Source: Conidiobolus incongruus B7586 (taxonomy: Eukaryota). Taken from it: 32,489 bases of DNA. Location of the stretch: NCBI GenBank assembly GCA_000697335.1, contig JNEM01008421.1, positions 1 through 32,489 of the forward strand, read 5' to 3'. The notes beneath the pieces were generated by a model. The model searched no databases. It was not told the DNA's origin and saw only the letters and a program-made list of their open reading frames with translations. The translations under genes were made by a program, and so were the position numbers. The stretch's first letter is position 1, and the number at the start of each line of letters is the position of its first letter. This document shows, piece by piece, positions 1-12,280 of this stretch.

Positions 1-465
1 TATATATATATTATATTTGTATATCAAATATTAAAGTATAATAATTTTTTAACTAAAACAAAAAGATATTTCTTAATGTATTTTTTTACTTCATTAATCA
101 TTAAAATAAGTTATTTAAATTTTAATGTTTTAAATAGTTTTTTTAACTTGAAAGTAATTTACTTAATAATAAATAGTTGATTTAAATAAAAACATCATTT
201 TTAAAAGTTAATGAATCTTAGATGATTTTAAAAGGTTTATAGTTAAGTTTTACTAATACTAAAACTTTTGATAATCATAATTTAATTTAAGCAAAATTAA
301 ATTATACAATAAATTTCAATAGTTTTGTAATGAAAAAAATTATATATATAGTTTAAAACTATATATTTTCCTATTTATTATGTATATATTATTTTTTCTG
401 AAATTAATAGTTTGTTTGAAAAATCAGAAATTAAAAAATTTCCCATTTCTTTGATTCTGAGTTGG
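1..465 (-). mobile_element. Degenerate mariner-family DNA transposon, 5' part (runs off the window start)
   Basis: The reverse complement aligns with 6666-~7170, e.g. aatcaaagaaatgggaaattttttaatttctgatttttcaaac versus aatcaaaaaatgggaaattttttcatttttgatttttcaaac. The terminus at 465 is flanked by TA (466-467). Confidence 0.85.
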
Positions 466-479
466 TAATAATAATTAAT

Positions 480-2073
480 TTACAATTCCATAACATTTGA
501 AGTAGCTGATAAAATGACCAGATCAGAATCTTTTGTAGCGATTAAAATACTGTCGTGATGACTATAAACATTTTCTAAACTTTCAGAGCTCAATTCGTAA
601 TCAAAAGTAATAGGCTCTTCATCAAAGAAACCTTCAGTTGGAATTGTAATAATGTGATTAATCCAGCTATTGAGTGATAGCTTGGCAACCAACTAAGAAT
701 GCTGAATTAGTACTAATATAGCATTATAAATATGTTTTTCAATAAATACCTTTTGATTTTGATAAATATAAATTGTTTTTGAATAATCTGTCAAGATTAA
801 ATAATCTGAAGACTGTTTCGATTGATTTTTAATTCGATATGGTAACATAAACTGTATAGGAGACCCATGATTCAAATATGGAGTAGGCTATATAGATATG
901 ATCAATATGATTAAAAAATTTTAACTTAAAATCAAATTACTTTTAAATCGCTTAATAAAAAGATTTGACCTCGATTGTCACTAATTAAAACGTCTTGAAT
1001 TAATGAATTATTCTCTTGTATGGATTTGATTTTAGTCAATTCTGTAAACTGTCCCTTTGTCATCTAAAATGTCAATTAAAACCAAATTCATATATTGAGA
1101 ATTTTATGATCACTTACTCTAGTAATTGTATTTTCAAAATATATAGTATGAATGTGGATATTTTTAGAATATAAGTAACATTTACTGGTATGATTGGTAA
1201 TTAAATAATAATGACCCAAATTGTTGGATAGATCTTGTAATGTAACGTATAATAATTGATCAATTGGTTTATCTGACGTTTCTAAATAAATTAGAATTAA
1301 TATTTAAGATATCAATCAATGGAGAAAATATAATAAAATACCCATAGTGATACTTGGATTAGAGTTATTATCGAAAAATGATACACAAGGTTGCTTTAAC
1401 ATGAATTGAAATAGTTTTTCATTAAAGCTAAATCCTGTTAACTTTCCCAAATGATCTCCAACAACTAAATAGTAACCATTGCCTAACAATTCAGTCAATC
1501 ATCAATTCAATAAATCTTATGCTACAGATAATCAGTCACTTACTCGAATCATTAACCTTTTCAACACAAGTTGGCGAATTAGCAATGTCCAATTGGAAGG
1601 TGGGATGAAATTGAACCAGTAAGTTCAACTTGCCATTGGATTGAACACTCAATAAATTATCTTGATTACTGCCGTTAATCAATTGAATCAACTTTAATAT
1701 AACGATCGAATTGGACGACCCATGAATCTTTTTCAATTCCATAATCTATCAATAATTAAAAATATTAATCAAATTGAGTGGTTATTAATGATATTATATA
1801 TTGAAATTATTCACTTACTTTTCCGTTAGAATCCAATTTAATAATTTCACCGTCTCTAGTTCCAACAAAGATAAAATTTCGTAAACTTTGATTACTTAAA
1901 TTACCAAAGTTTAAGCTTGTAATTTCTTTATTTAATTTACTCGTTTGTATGAATTTTGTGATTTTTAATTCGATATCTTGCGTTTCAGTCGGGATAGTTT
2001 CAACTTTATTCTCCTCTTTAACTTTATTCTTTTTAGAGGTTTGATTATTTTTTGTTTCGTTAATTTCTGTCAT
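480..2073 (-). CDS. Beta-propeller protein, FG-GAP/ITFG2-like (tentative family), ~411 aa, 7 exons
   Basis: Exons 1819-2073, 1544-1745, 1342-1482, 1118-1281, 941-1063, 750-887 and 480-692 join via GT-AG introns into one 1236-nt open frame. It has repeated blade-like motifs (FIFVGTRDGEI, LLSVQSNGKL, LVVGDHLGKL, VLISDNRGQI, LILTDYSKTI, ILIATKDSDL). The gene is well supported; the family assignment is weak. Confidence 0.75.
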
Positions 2074-2536
2074 GATTGATGAATTTCAATGATTTTTATA
2101 GTAATTTTATATTTATGAAATGTGATGTAATGGAATTTATAAAATTCAACTCTGGTTTTTAATTCATGGGACAAATTTGGGTTTCCTATTCAAGTATAAT
2201 TCAAAAATAATCAAAACCACTTATATAAAATAATTCCAAATTAATATTGAAATAAAATTTAATAAACTTTTTAATCATATTTTTTATTTAAATATTTTCT
2301 TCATTAAACAGCCAATTATAAACCTGGTTTATCAGTGTTTGATGAATACTGAATAATGGTAATAAGCTATATATAAATTGTTGGATAAAATAAGTCAATA
2401 CAAGAAGGAGTAATAGTCATGATGGATGGATGAGAAATTATCTAAATATTCAAATTCAGTATTGCAAACTCGGAATCACATGGGTAGATAGGATGTGATG
2501 GAATGTTTGGCTTGATATTTAATTTACAGAGCTAAG

Positions 2537-4011
2537 TTAGACAGTGGTATTTTGCATGGGTGAAGCAGCTTGAGGCTGGGAGGCTGGAGCTACAGGATTG
2601 GGAATATTAGGAAGGTTTTGACCATCGGGAGCTACTGATATTTTCTTTTCCAAGATTTGGACAAAGTTAGATGGGAAGCTACCGATCTTACCATCTCGGA
2701 GTCTTCCTTGCCACCAAAGAGCAATAGATCCATCTGGAGCGGTCTTGGAGAGGACAGCGATGAGATCTCCCTTGCGGAAGCTCAAGTCACCAGGGTTAGT
2801 TCCGGTATAATCGTAATTAGCTTGAGCAAATTCAATATTGGGGGTAGCACCTTGGTTCATAGCAACGGTAGGTCCCATGATACCATTTTGGGCCATGAGT
2901 TGTCTTTGGTGACGTTCGGCCATCTTACGCATAATTAAGTTGATTATGTAAGGGATACCGACCATAATACTGAGGAACATCAAAATAGGTCTTAGTGAGA
3001 TCTTGGATTTGGTTCTGTAGCGTTGATATTCAGCAGCATTGATTTCAGAGGCGTTCAAAGGAGGTTTCTTACCCAATACACGGTAAATAGCATTTCTGAT
3101 ACCACGGTATATAGCGACGAAGCTGAAAATTTGGCCAAAAAAGTTTTTCATTTGACTGAATTGGTCTGCTACGCCAACCATAGCCATAAATGAGGAATGT
3201 GTAGCAAAGAATGTGCTCTCTAACATTTGAGTAAAACCACCGAAAGTATTAACGATACCTTCGAGCAATTGGAAGGTTGGTTGAGTACTCATTTGCATCT
3301 GGTTAGCAAGGGACATTTCGTTAGGGTTCATGCCCATACCCATACCCATACCTCCCATTCCTCCCATTCCTCCCATTCCATAACCACCATAACGACCATA
3401 CCTACTGTATCCCATAGAGCCGTAACCGCCGTAGCTACCATAACCTCCATAGCCTCCATAACCGCCATAGCTTGAATAACTACCCAATCCGCCGTAGCCT
3501 CCTAGAGAAGAATATGAAGATCCGTAGCCTCCTAATCCAGAGGAATAAGAGCCAAATGAGTTCATACCACCTAAAGAGGACATAGAATTATAACCTAAAA
3601 GTAAAAAAATAAGTTAAAGGAAAAATAAATAAATTAAAAGTGGAAGTTACCTCCAAGAGAAGAGCTTAAACCTGCTGAAGAAGTCATCGAGCTTCTACTG
3701 GGTAAACTTGGTGCTCCAGTGGAGGAGTTTGTAGTAGTGGTTGAACTGGAGTTGAGAGAGCTGTTTGTAGTAATGGGAATGGAAGAGGAATTTAATCCGG
3801 AATTCAATGAGGAAGAACTCATATTAAGATTGTTTGTAGACAATCCCAAGTTAAGATTGTTTGCACTAAAAGAGGGATTGGAAAGAGAAGAGGTAGGGTT
3901 AGAGATTGAGTTCAAAGGATCATTAATAGTTGAAGAAGTGGTAGAAAAAGAATTTGGTGGGATAGAAGTCTGACCAGAAGACACTTCCCAGGGTTTTGGT
4001 GGAGAAGGCAT
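2537..4011 (-). CDS. PEX13: Peroxin 13, peroxisomal docking protein, ~472 aa
   Basis: Exons 3651-4011 and 2537-3594. N-terminal SPPKPWE, YG-rich region, Peroxin-13_N-like TFQLLEGIVNTFGGFTQMLESTFFATHSSF, a TM segment, and a C-terminal SH3 (ANYDY...DLSFRKGD...WWQG...G.FPSNFV). Confidence 0.96.
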
Positions 4012-4500
4012 GCTGTATCTTTAAAAGAAGTTAATTGATTAAAATCAAAGATAAAATTGAAGTGGATTGAGAGACTGTTTTAGATATAAATATAAAAAAG
4101 GACAGAGTAGAAAAAAAGCTGAAATTATATGAATACCTGTTGATTCAATTGAGAGAGAAACAAGCCACTTGAGAAATGTGCACCCGCTCTCCCCTTAAAT
4201 TAGTGGCAGATTCAGAAAGTAAATTTAAATATTCTAATATTACCAAAAACATTAGGTCTAAAAAATTACACTTGGATTTTGCACCCATCTTCATTGGTTT
4301 ATTAGTAAATCAACCTCATTTCCACCCGTCCAATGCCATTATCTAACACACACAATATTCGATAACTGGAAATGTGTAATTATCACCCTCAAAACTAAAC
4401 ATTTTATTATCACACTATACATTAATGAATGGATAGTTTATTGATTAAAACTATCCTAAAAATTTAAACGAATATTTTTACTTAAAGATACAACGAAGCT

Positions 4501-4640
4501 TTACTTTGGAATGATATAATGCTTACAAAGAAATTCACTTGCTAGAAATAAACTTCACATGACAAAATTACTGTTTCATTATCCAATAAGTGAAAAGGGA
4601 AGATGATTGGCATATTAGTGAGATCACTTGATTATTTCAT
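4501..4640 (+). pseudogene. Possible relic of an F-box-like N-terminus
   Basis: The stop-interrupted frame LLWNDIMLTKKFTC*K*TSHDKITVSLSNK*KGKMIGILVRSLDY resembles, from memory, the W..I....F..Y.....l.lS...K pattern of fungal F-box/LRR proteins. Weak. Confidence 0.25.
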
Positions 4641-6665
4641 TGACCAAATAAGGTACATTACTCAAAATTATTGAAGAAATCATTAGTGTATATTATTTTC
4701 ATTTAGTTAATAATATCTAATCTGATCTTTAATATATCATAATTATATTTAACATGATATTGATATTAGATTATTCTCTATTGATATTTTTATCATATAA
4801 CTAAATTAAAACTTTTTAGCTTGGTATAATTGGTTGCATAAAATAGATTGAACCTGTAATTTTGAAAACCTGGATTATTTCCATTTAAAGATAGTAAAAT
4901 AGAGCTTGATTGGATTAATATGCATTTTCTATTCTGGTTGCCACAATTTAACTTCGGAAATTAAATATCCATAAGAACAATTGTTATTTGTTGATTTTAT
5001 TAGCTAATGGAAAATATTATTATATATATATATATGGCATATATGACATATTTCAAAAACTTATATAATACTAAAAATTAGCAAGGTATTTATATTCTAA
5101 AACACCTTGAATTTCAAAAATATTTACTTTATAAACCAAGATCCCGAAAAATAAATCAACATATGATCACAAGTTAAATTTAACATTTGAAATTAAGCAT
5201 TTTGAATCGGAAAATTCATGCAAAAAAAATTAATTTTCATATGATAAACAATTTATCAACTAATATTCTGTAATTTATGAAACATTTTGGGTAGTGTTAT
5301 TTTAGTTTATTACAATATTTGTAAGGCATATTTATCAGTGATTTTAGTATGAGTAACTATGAATTATTTTATTTACCAGAATATTGGTCTATTGTTGTTG
5401 TATTAAAATAAAAACTCTAGCTCGATATATTACTTGATTCACAAATCTCTAGATTATTTGATTGTAACAAGAGATATAAATCATTTACAATTAAAATAAT
5501 TGAAGATCTGATTGGATTATCCTTTTATAAATTTCCAAAATAATTAATTATTGATTGAATTAAACGTTAAAAAATTTAGAAAAATGTGAGAAAATTCTAG
5601 GAGTATAAATAGCTTTGCTCATATTAACACTGTGTTATTCATTATAATGAATCAATTCGAATAAAGACATTTCATTTGAAATTTCACTACAATATATTAA
5701 CAATAAACCATTCTAATATTAAAGTAACTGTTTGAAAATAACGATTGAAGATGGATTTTAATTGAATTTGAAAGGATTAGTAATTATTAATAATTCATAT
5801 ATATTGAATGATAAATATATTGAAATAACATTCATTGAAGGATATGTATTCAAACTATAGTAAAACTTGGAAATATTTTTTGTATGTATTTGATAATTAG
5901 TAGAGATCAAAAAACTTGTAAGTTTTTCACCATTGACACTTGATTCTTCCATAGTACCAATGCCTTTTAAAATGTTAAACAACAAATAAAAGATTAATCC
6001 TTAAATATCACCATACTCACCAATTATCAATTATTTAACTTTTTGGAGAATAATACTAAAGTTTGATTCATTTTTCAATACGTCTAAATATTTTTTCGTT
6101 ATAGGAAGTTGATACATAAAGATATGCATAACAGATGCTATAAAGAGGGGTTAATTGATATTCCAAGTTAGAATTAAACTAGTCTAGTCAAAAATATATA
6201 ACTCAATTTTATAAGTTGTAAACAATGATAGATTGCCAATTGATTAACACATTGACCATTAGCAATTTTAACCCAAGAATTTGTACCAAGTGTAATTGCC
6301 ATAATATTTACCCATTTTCTAAGCTAAATAGTGTATAAAATCTTAGATCAAAATATTAACATAAAATAATTTACTTCAATATGAATAACATAGTCAATTC
6401 TAAAACTCCAGCTCTAACAAAAATACAAATTAATAGCATAAAATAATATATTGAATATAGTATTACTTTACATTCTATCATATTATTAAACACAGGAATA
6501 TTTCAACACCACATATTGATATTAATGCTGAAACCATTTATTTCAAATATTTTATTTTTAATATTCATATCATCTTTAATGAAATGACTATTATTTTCAG
6601 TGTATGTTATTATATTATTGAAATTATATACATTTACTGATTAATATCTTATATATTAATTATTA

Positions 6666-7970
6666 CCATAAAATCAAAAAATGGGAAATTTTTTCATTTT
6701 TGATTTTTCAAACATATTATTAGTTTCAAATAAAAAAACATATATAAAACAAATAAGAAAATAAATAGTTTTGAATTATATATATATATATATATAATAA
6801 TTTTTTGATTAAAAAATTAATTTTTTAAAATTACTTGTTTAATTTAATTATATTTAAATTAAATAATAACCATCAAAAGTTTTTTATTTTAATATTAATA
6901 AAATTTAACCACAAACCCTTTAAAATCATTTAAAATTTACAAACAACTTTTGGTAATAAAGTATTATTTAAATTAACAATTTATTGCTAGGTAAATTATT
7001 TTAAAGTTAAAAAAAATTACCTAAAATTTATTAAAATCTAAAAAATTAATTCCAACTGTTACTTTTTTAATTATTAATAAAGTGAAAAATTATATTAAAA
7101 AACACTTTTTTATTTTAATTAAAGAATTATTAAGATATTTTAATATTAATTACATAAGTATTTTATATATATTAAAGTTTAAATTAAAATTAATTAATAA
7201 ACATGTAAAATAAATACCTTATAATTTAATTAAAGCTTAAAAAAAGTTAGAGTAATTATTATTAAATAAAACTTACTAAAGTATAATTAAAAACTAAAGC
7301 TTTTACAATAAATTATTATAATTAATAAATTTTAAATATTTTTATATAATTCTTTGTTAAAACATAAATTAAAGTGTTAGATTAAGTTAAATTAACCCCC
7401 TTTATAAATTCCTTTAAATAAATACTTTATTAATAAGTGAATGTTAATTGTTGTAATAAATTATAATAACATATGTTATTCTTATTTAATTCTTAAAAGA
7501 AAATTAATTAATAGTAAACTTTATATTGTTTTTTTAAATAAAACTATTTTTAATTGGTATTCTCAATATAATTTAAGAAAACTTATTATTTTACATAATA
7601 ATTATAAAATACATAAATTTAAAATTATAAAAAACTTTTTAATTTAAAATAACTAGAAAAAACTACTATATTTAATATATTCTTTAAATTATAACATATG
7701 TAATTATAATTGTTTTAGGCAATTTAAAAACTAGCTTATAAGAAAAAAATTTCAATAGGAAAATTTAATTAGTTTATAAAATATCAAATTTTAATCTTTA
7801 ATAAAAAGAATTATTTTTTAAGTGTTAGATTTTTGTTAAAAGTATAGCAAAAAGTTAATAGAAATAAAAAAAATTAATAATTTTATATTATATATTTATT
7901 TTTACTTTTTATATACTAAAATGTTTATTTTTTTTAATCACAAAAAATTCCTATTATTTAAATTACAAAG
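6666..7970 (+). mobile_element. Full-length hypermutated mariner (Tc1/mariner) transposon, ~1305 bp
   Basis: TA on both sides (6664-6665, 7971-7972) and degenerate TIRs (5' ...aaaaaatgggaaattttt; 3' aaaaaattcctattattt...). The length is typical of mariner, and an internal transposase relic is present. The 3' boundary is less certain than the 5' one. Confidence 0.85.
6862..7878 (+). pseudogene. Mariner transposase pseudogene (HTH + catalytic domain)
   Basis: Motifs occur in the correct order but are transition-mutated: NLQTTFGNKVLFKLTIYC*VNYFK (HTH), K*IPYNL (=WVPHxL), LLQ*IIIINKF*I (=L.RI.T.DE.W), ILHNNYKIHK (=LHDNA..H), *KKLLYLIYSLNYNICNYNCF (=W..LPHPPYSPD....DY..F), FLLKV*QKV (=LP..WQKV). 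There are a few frameshifts, and the start is approximate. Confidence 0.85.
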
Positions 7971-8552
7971 TAATATTTTAAATAAATTTTGCCTTTTATA
8001 AATTGAAAATATTTTTAGTTAATTATTTATATAATTACACTAAATCTTGTACATGTTATAATAATATTATTCATTTTTATCATTAGTAGTTTATTTATTT
8101 TTACTGAATATTTTTCTATTTAATTGAAAAAAAATCAAATAGAATTTAATTTTGAAAAATATATTTAAAATTAATTTAATTAATTATTTTATTAGATCTT
8201 ATATTAATTTATAATTTAAAAATTTTTTGATTTTGAAAAAAATTAGTTTAAAAAAATATTACAAGGTTTTTATTTGATTCATACAAAACTAAATTTTTAA
8301 TTAATTGGTATGAGATACCATATGAGTGAATATATCGAATATGGATGTAAACATGTGATCAAAGAATCCATATTGTTGTAAATATACATTCTTTAAACAT
8401 TGGAATATATATGATTCAATTATATTATATGATGATCTATTATAAAAGTGTATGTTGACTTGTGTTAACTAATCTTGAAGTTCCATTGTCTGATTTCTTA
8501 TTTAAAGGTATAATATTAATAGTTAATGCTTTAAAATTATAGTCATAAAATA

Positions 8553-8577
8553 ATATATATATATATATATATATATA
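8553..8577. repeat. (AT)n microsatellite
   Basis: An uninterrupted AT dinucleotide run just downstream of the mL38 stop. A similar run sits at ~6777-6796 inside the mariner element. Confidence 0.85.
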
Positions 8578-8653
8578 AAATGAACAAACGTTTGATCTAT
8601 ATTGTTTATTTTAGTCATTTAAAACAAATATATTATAAATTTAAATTAATTGC

Positions 8654-9885
8654 TTAAATATTGTGGTAACGTCCTCTCAATTTACCGTCCTTACCGATGA
8701 GAGGGTTGATGGTGGGCTTGGGACCAAATAAGGGTTCATCAAGTTCTAAATAACATATTAGTGAAATGTTATGTAATTGATAATAATTCAATAATTACTC
8801 AAAATATCCTTATATATGGAAGAGACAGCTGGTGACCACTTGGAACGGAAGAAATAAGTGCCTCGGATTGTTAATTGGTTCTTATCAATGAATTCAGATA
8901 AACTGGAAGCACCACTAAAAATGTTAATTAGTATATATAAGATTTATAGGAAAATAAAATAGATTACGTGTTGAATTCACTGAGAGAAATATCGGAGGAA
9001 GGTTGTTCTAATAACAACAAAGTGTATCTATGGGCTTGGGTACCTTGGGCAGGATGAGGGGGAATGTATTCCAAAACAGTGTCACCTTTGACTTGGGTTT
9101 TAGTCAAGCTCAAGGGAATATTCTTAACAATCCAGTGGGGTTTTTGAAAGTAAGATTGGGTTTCTTCATTAGGATAATCGGGATCAACCATAACAAGGGT
9201 GTAATACTTAACTTCGTTGTGGAAGGTGTGGATTTCAAGCTTGGGGGGTTCAATAGACTATATTTCAAATATATTAATTATTAAATATTAATCAATTGTT
9301 AGCATTTTCAAACCTGCTCAGGGTCGATATATTTACCACATTCAACAAATTCGCCATCTTTATAGCCTAATTTGATATGGGCATTTAAATAATCGGAGTG
9401 AGGGTGAACAACGTCTGGAGTAACGAACATTTGTTCGACTCTTTGTTTGATGATGGGGCTGATTTCTTCATTCCATTGTTGAAGTTTAAGGTGCTTAAAA
9501 ACGGGTTCTTCGACATTATAATTGCCAGTAGAAAATTTGTGTTGAGTTTCTGGTAAGTGAATGTAAGCTTCAGTTAATAATGATTGATGCTGTTCTTTTA
9601 AATCAGCTACAACGGATTGATCTATAAAAATAAATAAATAAATAAATAAATTAAAGATAAAAATATAAAAATATAATATATACCTAATTTAGTATCTTTG
9701 AGTTGTTCTTCAATTTTTTTAGCTTGATCAAATTTAGTCTTAGAGTATTGGTTTAAATATTCGATAGCTTGATCGTAAGCTGGATTAACACCTAAGCTGG
9801 GTAATTTAAAAGCTTCCGTTGACATAAATCTCTGCAATTGAAATCTATTTAATTTAACATTCCTGATTAAATTGTTCCAAATCAT
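8654..9885 (-). CDS. MRPL35: Mitochondrial large-subunit ribosomal protein mL38 (PEBP-like), ~335 aa, 5 exons
   Basis: Exons 9684-9885, 9314-9621, 8968-9257, 8799-8914 and 8654-8745. Presequence-like basic N-terminus, LGVNPAYDQA, QRVEQMFVTPDVV, YTLVMVDPDYP, HWIVKNIP, YIPPHPAQGTQAHRY, YFFRSKW. Confidence 0.92.
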
Positions 9886-11934
9886 ATTGTTTAAAATTAT
9901 TTCACTAATTAAAATATTATATATATATAATAATTAAATAATTTTTTTTAGTTTTAATATTTCTTTTAATATTGGATTTTGGAATATAAATTAATTATAT
10001 TTTATATTAAATTATGGGATAATCTATATTCAATAGTTGTTAAATCTGTTTATTTTGAAAAATTAAGAAATATATATTGACACCGTTAATAATATATTTT
10101 TAAAATTGTTAATGATATAGATTTATAAAATAATTAAATTATAATGTGATCTTTTTACATTATATTGGAACAAAAATTGAACATAATTTATTTATCAAAA
10201 AATTAATTTTTAGAATTTCATTTTCAAATTGAAATCCAATTTCATTATTTAAGTGTGAATAGTTAGATATTAATATACTTTCATATAGACTTTTTTCATA
10301 ATTTATTAAATATACATAAACAAAGTAGAGTATAATGTTCAATTAATTAATAACCAAAATGGATCAATTTTAAATACTAATAACATGATATTTGTAAGAA
10401 TCTGATTATTTACATTAATCACTATGTTCAAAGATATAAAATATTCCAATTCATTTGTTATTTTAAGAATAATAATATATAATAATCCTACAAGATACTA
10501 TCAACCTTCCTGTCAAATTAATATATATATATATGTGTGTGTTATTTTCAAAATTAGTTCATATCTCTTCCATTGAATAAAAACTTTTTTTTCAAAAATA
10601 TTAATTTAATTTATTTGGATATTAAATTTAAATATAAATGATAAATTTGAAGAGAAATTACTTAATATAAAAATTCAATATTACTTGATTAAATTTGACT
10701 AATTAACCAATTTATAATGATATTTATAAAAGATAAAATCAAAAAAACTAATTGGTATTTTTACGAATAATGGAGTTAAAAATAAAACTTAAAGATGAAG
10801 AATAGATTTAAACATTTTATTTTTAAATTATATATACACTAGTCTCTCTCGGATCAAATGTAACAACTTGAAAAAGGAACTAAGTAAAATGTAAATACTG
10901 TACTCTATAAATAAATTAATATATTTAATTGGTGAATATTATTCCTATATTTATACATTTTTAAGGTAGTGATTTATTATTTATTTCAAATTTAAGTATT
11001 GAGAGTACTGTAACTTATATATAAGCTATTCCATTGTTCAAAAATATTAACATTCATTCATATTATTATTATTATTATTTTATTGATTATAATACTCATA
11101 TAACTGAAATTTTAAAGTTCCAATTCAACGTCACATTAATTGAATTTTTTGAATTCTTTATTTTATTCTGATATGGACTAGTATACAATATTGAATTCAA
11201 TTATATGTCATTCTGAGAACGAAGATATGAACCAATGAATTCTGTTAGTCTTATTTTTCTTTGTTTTCAATTTTGACCAAAATCATGTTTAAAAAATTAT
11301 ATAATTTAATTTTCAATCAATATTTAACTTTATATTAGGATATCATAGTATAATAGTGTAATAATATAATAATATAATCTTATATCATAAATATATATAT
11401 AAGTGTGTGTTTGAATACAGTCTAGTTGACTGGAATCATTCGATGTTACATTTAGATGTGCTCAATACATAAAAGAACATATATTGACTATATTGATTAA
11501 AATAGACGATCATATATTATTGAATTAATTGATAAAATTTCAAGCTATAAAAACTTAATAAAATATATACCTCAAATTTTAATTAACTGAGTGAATATTA
11601 ATTAATATATATAAGATATTATTGTTGAAAATTTAACTATATTTTAATATTTTTAGTTATTAATTAGGTTAATTTATAACTTAATATTAATCATTCACAA
11701 AATAATAGTCAAATTGTCTCAATACATATTGTTAAGTAATTTTTGAATCAATATACTGAGTCTCAAAAAATTAATACAGATTGTAATATTAATAAATTAA
11801 TTTCCATTTATATTCATTTATATATAAACACACCTCTGATGATATTTTGGTCCAAAGTTATTTATCATCAAATGAATGGATTAAATAATGGTTGTTGTTG
11901 CTGCTTCTTGCCTTAACCAGAAGCTTACTTGACC

Positions 11935-12280
11935 CATTGGCCATTCTAATTGACTATATTTATCTGGCAAGATGTCTTCGTATAGTCCAATCAGGAGCAT
12001 TTATTTGGTGATAAATTTCTTTAACAGATTGCATATTATTCTTTTGCAGTTTTTTTATAAGGCGATTAACATGGAATTTGATCTTACAGCTACCCTTTGA
12101 TCTACCCAGTACATCAATATCTCCAGTTTGAAATTTATTGAATCATTACTGGGATGTTCCTCTGGCCTTTGTGCTTTGGTCATATGCGTTAATTAAGTTT
12201 TAATATGTATCATCTACACTCGTCTTTCTGTTTAATTCATATAATAAAACGAGTGTTAAATGTACTTTAGAAAGTTGAAT
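11935..12280 (-). pseudogene. Mariner (Mos1-like) N-terminal HTH relic, copy 1
   Basis: Hand translation: IQLSKVHLTLVLLYELNRKTSVDDTY*NLINAYDQSTKARGTSQ**FNKFQTGDIDVLGRSKG...QSVKEIYHQINAPDWTIRRHLAR*. This matches the LLYEF...AYG...WF.KF..GD...T..RHL pattern. Confidence 0.75.

Noticed and set aside
2657..3973. Plus-strand ORFs 2657-2938, 3227-3475 and 3719-3973
   Set aside because: Antisense shadows of the low-complexity PEX13 coding sequence.
5700..6540. Minus-strand coding-like stretch (ORF 5758-5985; WYYGRIKCQ in another frame suggests a 7TM relic)
   Set aside because: Too many stops and only one short motif, so no family can be supported.
7441..7647. 68-aa ORF as an independent gene
   Set aside because: It is an internal piece of the mutated mariner transposase.
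10160..10342. Short ORF (likewise 15098-15313)
   Set aside because: AT-driven I/N/K/F/Y composition, non-ATG start and no recognisable motif.
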